Source: Pseudobdellovibrionaceae bacterium (lineage in GTDB: Bacteria > Bdellovibrionota > Bdellovibrionia > Bdellovibrionales > Bdellovibrionaceae). Taken from it: 24,782 nucleotides of DNA. Where the stretch lies: positions 1-24,782 of the forward strand of contig JBGGMM010000018.1 of the NCBI GenBank assembly GCA_041288045.1, written 5' to 3'. How positions within the stretch are numbered: the stretch's first letter is position 1; every line of letters begins with the position of its first letter. The notes beneath the pieces are model-generated. The model saw nothing but the letters and a program-made list of their open reading frames with translations, ran no database searches and was not told the origin of the DNA. Made by a program: the position numbers and the translations under genes. This document shows positions 18,713-24,782 of the stretch, piece by piece.

Positions 18713-19114
18713 TTAATTCTCAACAACTTGAACTTTGCAATCAGCAGTTGCCAACCAGACAGGCCAGCTCGGAAGGAGCGCATTGACTTGCAAGAGGCTT
18801 CCTTCGACTGTTTGCAATTTTGACTTTGTTGGTGCCAATTGCAAAGCCAACATATAGAGAGCCTCTCCATTTTCATCATTCAAGTGCAGGTAAGTTGGAG
18901 ATTCATAACCGACCACGCCGACAGTGACAGTGAAAGGCTTGGTGTAGGTGCCGAGCTTGGACTCGACAACAAGTCCTTGAGCAGAACGTTTTTGAGTTTC
19001 AAGTGTGACGCCGTTTGAAAGTTCGCACTCGAGATAATTCACTCGGTATTTTTCAGCGGCAGATGCGATTGTGGCAGCCAGTAAAAGACCGGTAATGACG
19101 AAAAACTTAGACAT
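18713..19114 (-). CDS. Hypothetical small secreted beta-rich protein
   Basis: SD AAGGAG; signal peptide MSKFFVITGLLLAATIASA; one Cys near each end (possible disulfide). Confidence 0.8.
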   Translation of the reverse strand: MSKFFVITGLLLAATIASAAEKYRVNYLECELSNGVTLETQKRSAQGLVVESKLGTYTKPFTVTVGVVGYESPTYLHLNDENGEALYMLALQLAPTKSKLQTVEGSLLQVNALLPSWPVWLATADCKVQVVEN

Positions 19115-19442
19115 GATTGTCTCTCCTTCATGGTAGTTGAGAGAAGGAATTAACAGGCCAGGAGACTGAAGACAACATTTTGAGCAATGACAAGCTTGTT
19201 AGAGTATTTGCCCTATTTGGCTAAGAGCAATTCTTGATCTTCTATTAACATCTCTTGCAAAATCAATCAAAAGCATGGCCTTGCGAAAGAAAAAGTTCAG
19301 CGTTCTGCTCGAGATTTGTTGTTCGCATTCAAAAATAAAATTTCATTGAATCAGAAGTCGCAAAAAAGAAAACCTCGATCTTGATCTAGATCGAACACTG
19401 GACCTCGGACTGCTTTATGACCTTTGGTATTGTCTAAACAAT

Positions 19443-20375
19443 TTGTCTCTAGTAATTTTATTTCAGGTCTCAGTCAAAGATCGTTTTTCAAACTCAACAT
19501 TTCGAGAATCGAGTTGCTCTGTGAACCTCTTCAGGGATGAATACGGGAAAGCCGAAGCAGATTTTCTTCAGTTCCACTCGCAAGCGCGCTATCCAGCCGA
19601 GTTGATTCGAGACCAAAGTCAGTTTCTTTTTGAATCCAAATTTGTTCAGCAATTATCCACAATGGATGAATACTTCATCTATCGTCTTCTGTGCTGGCGT
19701 CGAAGCCGCTATATTTCCACTTCTTTACAGCTTTCCGTTTTTCTGAATCACTGGATTGAATTCAAAAAAATATCACCCTTTCTTTCTGCGACTTTTCTCT
19801 CCGCTGCTCGGGTTCGATTGAAAACCTTCGAGCTTAAAAATTTGTTGGAATCATTTTCAAAGCTCGAAAAGTTTGGATTTGCCAGGCATCCCAATTTGGC
19901 CGGACTTGAGATGATCCTGAATCGCAACAATCAAATCCAAAATTTTTCAGAAGCCGATAAAATCCAATGGCTGTTTTGTGCGATTGAAGCACAAACAAAA
20001 AATCCTCGGACTCCCTATCCCGATTACTGGAGTTACGATGAGATTTGGGATTTGGCCCTCCAATGGGAAGCGGAGACGCTTGTTCCGCTGATGATTTTTA
20101 AAAAATTTAAAACCACCGATTTAACCCGATGTCGAGTGCTTCAGTTTTACCTTCAGCAAAATCGGCTTGAGAATTTGGAGACCATGGTGACAATTCTAAT
20201 GCCGTCGCTCAGCGATTGTTTTGTTTGCCCCGAGGTCATTCGATTGGGACTGCAATCGGATATTCCTGAATTGGTTCAAGCTGCGGCTCAAAGAAAAATA
20301 TTTTTTCAAAATCCCGAACTTGAGAAAAAAAGAAGTCTTTTTTATCAAAATCCCGAGCGTGAAATCACAATTTAA
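19443..20375 (+). CDS. Hypothetical protein (start uncertain, possibly degraded)
   Basis: 310-codon ORF with no competing long ORF; TTG start lacks an SD; the frame stays open upstream to a TGA at 19347. Confidence 0.5.
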   Translation: MSLVILFQVSVKDRFSNSTFRESSCSVNLFRDEYGKAEADFLQFHSQARYPAELIRDQSQFLFESKFVQQLSTMDEYFIYRLLCWRRSRYISTSLQLSVFLNHWIEFKKISPFLSATFLSAARVRLKTFELKNLLESFSKLEKFGFARHPNLAGLEMILNRNNQIQNFSEADKIQWLFCAIEAQTKNPRTPYPDYWSYDEIWDLALQWEAETLVPLMIFKKFKTTDLTRCRVLQFYLQQNRLENLETMVTILMPSLSDCFVCPEVIRLGLQSDIPELVQAAAQRKIFFQNPELEKKRSLFYQNPEREITI

Positions 20376-20926
20376 ATTCCTTTGAGCTGAACGAAAGCAT
20401 CAAGTCCCGTTGCTTTTAATTTCTTTGAAAGCTCTTGCATGGCTGCATCAGCGGAAAGCTTGGATGAAAAAGAGTCACAGGTCAGGCTGATGCTCAGCTT
20501 TTCCCGAGCAGGTAAAAAATGAGCGATTTGGCCACTTTTTTTCATTCGTTTTTTCATTTCAGGGCTTTCACTGATCCACTGGAAAAGCAGAGTGTGGCCG
20601 GTGGTGGAACCATTTAAGCTGTCGACTGTCCATTTGGCAGTCTGAATAGCTAATGCCGACGGAAGGCGTTCGCGCCGAGGTTCTTGGCTGTCTAAGACAG
20701 AAAGAGTGCATTTGCTTTCCCCGGCTTTTTTTTGAATCGACCAGGAGCTGCCAATTTCAGCATTGCTTTGATTTTCCCGATCTTTCGCTTGAATTTTGGA
20801 AAGATCGAGACTGTATTTTTTAGAATTCGAAGAAAACTTCAAAATTGAAGCTTTGTCGCCATCCGAAGAAGATGGCGACTGGGCCTGAACGCTCAAACAG
20901 AGAGAAAGCAGAATGAAAAGAATCAT
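20372..20926 (-). CDS. Hypothetical secreted protein
   Basis: SD AAGGAG upstream of ATG 20926; signal peptide MILFILLSLCLSVQA; 30 nt downstream of the beta-helix gene, probably co-transcribed. Confidence 0.7.
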   Translation of the reverse strand: MILFILLSLCLSVQAQSPSSSDGDKASILKFSSNSKKYSLDLSKIQAKDRENQSNAEIGSSWSIQKKAGESKCTLSVLDSQEPRRERLPSALAIQTAKWTVDSLNGSTTGHTLLFQWISESPEMKKRMKKSGQIAHFLPAREKLSISLTCDSFSSKLSADAAMQELSKKLKATGLDAFVQLKGI

Positions 20927-20956
20927 GCGAAACTGTCTCCTTCGCCGATTCAATTA

Positions 20957-22546
20957 TTACTGAACAGCTCCCTGGGTGCAAGCAGATGGAGGTCTGGCAA
21001 CCCCTCGCTGGTCCGTGGCGGGGCAGCTGGTTCCAGTGTTGTAAGCTGGGCTTCCAGCAGCTGGTTTCAAAGTCGCCGTTGGGCCACCGTTATAGGCCAG
21101 AGCTGTTGGCAACAAAGGGTCCTTGAACTGAGTTCCAGATGTGCACAAAGGATCTGGATTGGTGCAGATCAAGTGTTTGTTCGGCCATTGCAAATTGGGA
21201 GAACCAGAACTTCCTGGTGCCCGGCAGGCCATCGGTGAGCCGCAATCGTTGGTGGTGTTGTTGGCAAACAGAGTGTTTCTGACGGTGAGATTGTCGCCAA
21301 AAATCGCAGCTCCGAAATAACCAGGACCCCCGCTGGCTTGATTGCCTGCAAAAGTGAGATTGGTCAGGCTGCCAGTGTTTCCGAAAGAAGCCATCGCTCC
21401 GCCGACACCTTTCGTGGAAATATTTTTAAAGAAGGTGCTGTTGATAAAAGTCAAGGCACTGCCGTCGACGAAGATGCCTCCACCGGCTCCTGTCGAGCTG
21501 TTGTTGGAAAGTGTCGTGGCTTCGATTTTCAAAGAAGAATTGTGGATGTAAAGAGCTCCGCCACCTTTGCTGGCCACGTTGCTATCAAAAGTGCTCTTGG
21601 TGATTTGTGTTGGCTGTCGACTTGTGTTGACAGTTCGAAACAGGGCGCCGCCAAAAGCATTGACTCCAGATTTGTTGCGCTGAAAAGAGGATCCGCACAC
21701 TTGCACTGAGAAAATCTCGGCCCCATCAATGGAAATCGCTCCGCCGTTTCCACCATTTCCAACCTGGCCGCCAGCATAAGAGCAAGTGGAAGTGGAGATG
21801 CTATTGGCACCGCTGCCAGTTGCAATGTTGTCGGTGAATCGGCTGTTGTAGACTTTCAAATTTCCAAAGAGAGAACCGATGGCCGCACCGTTAGCGCCAG
21901 TGTTGCCACTGAAAACACTGCCAACAACCGTTGTTTCCATCATTCCGACTGCATAGATACCACCGCCGGCCACATCAGGACCTATACTGGGTGCTTTGTT
22001 GGTGATGAATTGCGAATTAAAAACGCGAAGAATTCCATCACGTGCAAAAATCGCTGCTCCGCCGCCATCGACATCCGTTCCCTGTGAGCAAGGAGCTGGA
22101 GCATAGGGGATTGCCGGGCCTGTGGATTTGGCATTTCGAAAAGTGATATTTTGAATTGTGATCCGTCGAGCGGTTTTTTGCCAGTTCGGGCCACTGTAAA
22201 ATAAAATTCGGGTTTTGTTTTGCCCATCCAAAGTGATCAGGCCTTTCCCATCAATTGTGGTGTCGATATCAGAGCGCAATTTTTTCTGTGAATTGATATA
22301 AATCGTGGCCGCACCGCCACAGTTAAAAGTGATCTTTCCACCTTTCGCTATGGCATTGGCCAAAGCCGTTTCCGTGCAAGAGGCCGCTGTTCCAGTTCCC
22401 ACCACTACATTGGGAACCGACATATCAACCGGAGCCACTGGTGGTGCGCAGACGGCTGAAGTCAAAGCTGTCGCCGCTTGAGTCTGCAAGGAAAAAGTCA
22501 GGGAAAGGCCCGCCAATGGCAGGGATAGAATTCTGAGTCGTTGCAT
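20957..22546 (-). CDS. Secreted right-handed beta-helix (Pmp-like repeat) protein with a C-terminal choice-of-anchor-Q-like domain
   Basis: Signal peptide; N-terminal VGTGTAASCTE...GGKITFNCG; repeated GG(A/G)(I/L/M) and FxxN motifs; C-terminal NGGPTATLKPAAGSPA...CPATDQRGVARP...GAVQ. Confidence 0.8.
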   Translation of the reverse strand: MQRLRILSLPLAGLSLTFSLQTQAATALTSAVCAPPVAPVDMSVPNVVVGTGTAASCTETALANAIAKGGKITFNCGGAATIYINSQKKLRSDIDTTIDGKGLITLDGQNKTRILFYSGPNWQKTARRITIQNITFRNAKSTGPAIPYAPAPCSQGTDVDGGGAAIFARDGILRVFNSQFITNKAPSIGPDVAGGGIYAVGMMETTVVGSVFSGNTGANGAAIGSLFGNLKVYNSRFTDNIATGSGANSISTSTCSYAGGQVGNGGNGGAISIDGAEIFSVQVCGSSFQRNKSGVNAFGGALFRTVNTSRQPTQITKSTFDSNVASKGGGALYIHNSSLKIEATTLSNNSSTGAGGGIFVDGSALTFINSTFFKNISTKGVGGAMASFGNTGSLTNLTFAGNQASGGPGYFGAAIFGDNLTVRNTLFANNTTNDCGSPMACRAPGSSGSPNLQWPNKHLICTNPDPLCTSGTQFKDPLLPTALAYNGGPTATLKPAAGSPAYNTGTSCPATDQRGVARPPSACTQGAVQ

Positions 22547-22606
22547 ATAAAACCCCCATACGTGCATGCTTGTGCATTTGAATTGAAATCTATCTTCTAT
22601 CGATTT

Positions 22607-22622
22607 TGCAATTTAAGAGCCT
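22607..22622 (-). promoter_or_regulatory. Sigma54-type promoter AGGCTC-TTAAA-TTGCA for the beta-helix gene
   Basis: GG-N10-GC with TTGCA at -12, 60 nt upstream of ATG 22546. Confidence 0.5.
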
Positions 22623-22637
22623 GTCTCAGATTGAGAA
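22623..22637. promoter_or_regulatory. Palindrome GTCTCA-GAT-TGAGAA (second copy of the 2154 motif) abutting the -24 element
   Basis: 13/15 identical to the palindrome at 2154-2168. Confidence 0.45.
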
Positions 22638-22785
22638 GGGCCTTGAAAGTATTGAAGTTAGCTTTGCACGAATTGCTCAACTTTTTCAATTTGCCTGTTT
22701 TTTCGACAGCAAAAAAGTGCATTTTTCTGAGGAATGGCAATTTTTTAATTAACCACAAGCCCGGAGTTCGTGGATAATCGGCGGC

Positions 22786-23718
22786 ATGAAGAATCTTCTG
22801 TGGTTTCTGACTCTTTTTTTGTCACTCTCAGTTTGGGCCGATGAAGGGGGAGTGAGTTTTTGGGTCCCTGGTCAAGTCGGAAGCTTTGTGGCCCTGTCGG
22901 ACCCTGAGGGTTGGTCACTGCCGATGAGTTATTACTACGCCAACGTCACGGCCAGTGACTCTCAGAATTTTCGCTATGGTTCGCGTCTGACTGCTGGAAT
23001 GGAGTCCACATCGGGTTTTTTTTATTTTCAACCCACTTACGCCTATCCTCAAAAAATTTCAAATGGGCAGCTGGCTTTAGGGCTTCGATTTGCTTATGGA
23101 ACAAAAATGGTTTCTGCCCGGACCGACCTGACGACAGCACAAACTCCGGCATTTTCAAATTTTCGTGAGGATCAAATCACTGGGATGAGTGATCTTTCCC
23201 CCATTGTTAGCATGAAATGGAATGAAGACTCAAAAAATTCTCTTCTCTATTTTCGCGCCAATCTTCCGACTGGTGAATACAAAACAGACCGGCTGGCGAA
23301 TATGGGTCTTGGACGAGTGGCTTTTGATTTGGGTGGGGGAGCCACTTATTTTGATGAAAAAAAAGAGCGTGAGTACTCTTGGGTTTTTGGCATGACTTAC
23401 AATTTTGAAAATCCCAATACGGATTATCAAAGCGGCATCAGTGCGCATTTGGATTTGGCTTCGGCGCAGTTTGTGTCGGATCGAAATTTCCTTGGACTGG
23501 TTGCTTATTTTTATGAGCAAATTGGATCTGATACAGGACCTGGAGCTCTTTTGGGCGATTTCAAATCCCAAGTGGCTGGAATCGGTCCACAAGCGGGAAC
23601 TTTTATTCCTGCTGGGAAAAAGAAACTTCTCGTTCATTTCAAAGGCTATTATGAATTTGCTGCTAGCAATCGACCAGCTGGCTGGAACACTTGGTTGAAT
23701 GTGGTGATTCCGCTTTGA
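22786..23718 (+). CDS. SphA / MetA-pathway-of-phenol-degradation family outer-membrane beta-barrel (putative hydrophobic solute channel)
   Basis: Signal peptide followed by DEGGVSFWVPGQVGS, PTGEYKTDRLANMGLG, NFENPNTDYQSG, QIGSDTGPGALLGDFKSQVAGIGPQ, and a terminal beta strand WLNVVIPL. Confidence 0.8.
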   Translation: MKNLLWFLTLFLSLSVWADEGGVSFWVPGQVGSFVALSDPEGWSLPMSYYYANVTASDSQNFRYGSRLTAGMESTSGFFYFQPTYAYPQKISNGQLALGLRFAYGTKMVSARTDLTTAQTPAFSNFREDQITGMSDLSPIVSMKWNEDSKNSLLYFRANLPTGEYKTDRLANMGLGRVAFDLGGGATYFDEKKEREYSWVFGMTYNFENPNTDYQSGISAHLDLASAQFVSDRNFLGLVAYFYEQIGSDTGPGALLGDFKSQVAGIGPQAGTFIPAGKKKLLVHFKGYYEFAASNRPAGWNTWLNVVIPL

Positions 23719-24024
23719 TCAGGTTGTTTTGGACCAATCGATTCGATCGATTTTTTTTGCCAATTCAAAATCCTTTTCAGTGATTCCGCCTTCATCGTGA
23801 GTGGTGAGCTCGATTTTGACTTTGTTGTAAGAATTCGACCAATCGGGATGATGATTCAGACTTTCAGCTTCAAATGCCACTCGGGTCATGAATGAAAAAG
23901 CTTCGGCGAAGGATTTGAAAACAAATTCTCTTTCCAATTTTTTCTCGGCGTTGACTCGCCATTGGGGGAGATCTTGTTTGAGATGATCAATTTTTTCATA
24001 ATTTCTTTGCTCTGCCGTGGCCAT
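23719..24024 (-). CDS. phhB: Pterin-4-alpha-carbinolamine dehydratase
   Basis: [59 protein letters not shown] before ATG 24024. Confidence 0.93.
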   Translation of the reverse strand: MATAEQRNYEKIDHLKQDLPQWRVNAEKKLEREFVFKSFAEAFSFMTRVAFEAESLNHHPDWSNSYNKVKIELTTHDEGGITEKDFELAKKIDRIDWSKTT

Positions 24025-24108
24025 GGAATTTCTCCTTCTTTGTTGATTGGCAGCCAAGCCCCCTTTTTGCCTCAGAGAAACGAATGGACTTGGCTTGATT
24101 TGAGATCG

Positions 24109-24124
24109 AGCAAGATAAGGGCCA
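24109..24124 (-). promoter_or_regulatory. Sigma54 (-24/-12) promoter TGGCCC-TTATC-TTGCT upstream of phhB
   Basis: Close match to TGGCAC-N5-TTGC(A/T) in the nupC-phhB gap. Confidence 0.6.
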
Positions 24125-24140
24125 GATTGACCGGCTAGAT

Positions 24141-24782
24141 TTACAAAATCATTCCGGCAATCGTTGCTGTCATAAATGTGCAGATTGTTCCGCCCACCAG
24201 AGCCAAAGGTCCCAATTGTGTGAGGTGAGTCCGTTGCTTGGGTGCCATGGCGCTGATGCCACCAATTTGGATTCCGATCGAGGCGAAATTGGCAAAACCG
24301 CAAAGAGCGTAAGTGGCCAGCAAGGAGGATTTCTCATTGAGAAAAAGACCAGCATCTTTCATTTTTCCCAAAGAAGTGTAAGCATAAAATTCGTTGAGAA
24401 TTGTTTTTTCTCCCATCAGCTGACCCACAAGCTTCATATCATTCCAGTTATCGACACCGATGAGCCAGGCAATCGGTGAAAAGAGCCAGCCAAAAATCAC
24501 CTGCAGCGAAAGAGGCCGGCCCCCCGTGTATTCAGCAAGGCTTGCACTCAGCCCGCTGAGATCGCCAAAGGATCCGATCAGCCAATTCATCATGGCCATC
24601 AGGGCCGTAAAGACGAGCAGCATGGCGGCCACATTCACGGCCAGAACCACGCCATCTGTCGTTCCGACAGAAATGGAATCCAAAATATTTTCGCCTGGCC
24701 GCTCTTTGGACATTTCCAATTTGGTGTCGAGATTTTCTGTTTCCGGCAAAAGAATTTTTGAAACCAAAATTGTCGCCGGAGC
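24141..24782 (-). CDS. NupC/CNT-family nucleoside transporter, C-terminal part (5' end outside the window)
   Basis: [62 protein letters not shown]. Confidence 0.93.
   Translation of the reverse strand, partial: APATILVSKILLPETENLDTKLEMSKERPGENILDSISVGTTDGVVLAVNVAAMLLVFTALMAMMNWLIGSFGDLSGLSASLAEYTGGRPLSLQVIFGWLFSPIAWLIGVDNWNDMKLVGQLMGEKTILNEFYAYTSLGKMKDAGLFLNEKSSLLATYALCGFANFASIGIQIGGISAMAPKQRTHLTQLGPLALVGGTICTFMTATIAGMIL

Noticed and set aside
20372..20375. Convergent genes that overlap or abut with no terminator (20372-20375; also 9312/9317 and 23718/23719)
   Set aside because: Common in compact bacterial genomes; no evidence of antisense regulation.
24025..24303. N-terminal extension of phhB (194-aa ORF)
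   Set aside because: It overlaps the transporter gene and the promoter; ATG 24024 has a strong SD and gives the typical ~100-aa size.
1..24782. CRISPR arrays, tRNA/rRNA genes, IS/integrase/phage genes, anti-phage defence systems
   Set aside because: I saw no regularly spaced repeats, cloverleaf or rRNA signatures, or matching protein motifs.

Overview
A bacterial chromosomal window with 18 tightly packed protein-coding genes (one truncated at the right edge). I found no rRNA, tRNA, CRISPR array or mobile element. From left to right: a membrane-bound hybrid histidine kinase (HisKA-HATPase-REC) is divergent from a two-gene operon encoding an Acg/OxzB-type nitroreductase-fold protein and a FeeM-like N-acyl amino acid synthase fused to a C-terminal PilZ domain. 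Next come pckG and glnS, a secreted hypothetical protein, and aguA-aguB (agmatine to putrescine) divergent from a translationally coupled amtB-gltB-gltD operon that has a sigma54-type promoter and no adjacent glnK. The right third holds hypothetical proteins, a secreted GGA(I/L)/FxxN beta-helix protein with a choice-of-anchor-Q-like tail, an SphA/MetA-type outer-membrane barrel, a pterin-4a-carbinolamine dehydratase and the 3' part of a NupC-family transporter. The best novelty candidate is the nitroreductase + N-acyltransferase-PilZ module next to the sensor kinase, a possible c-di-GMP-gated lipid-signal (N-acyl amino acid/oxazolone-like) system. Several sigma54 -24/-12 motifs and a recurring GTCTCA-N3-TGAGA(C/A) palindrome also occur. 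The gene content suggests Bdellovibrionota or a related deltaproteobacterial-type lineage, but that is unverified inference. All family calls come from motifs read by eye, with no database search.
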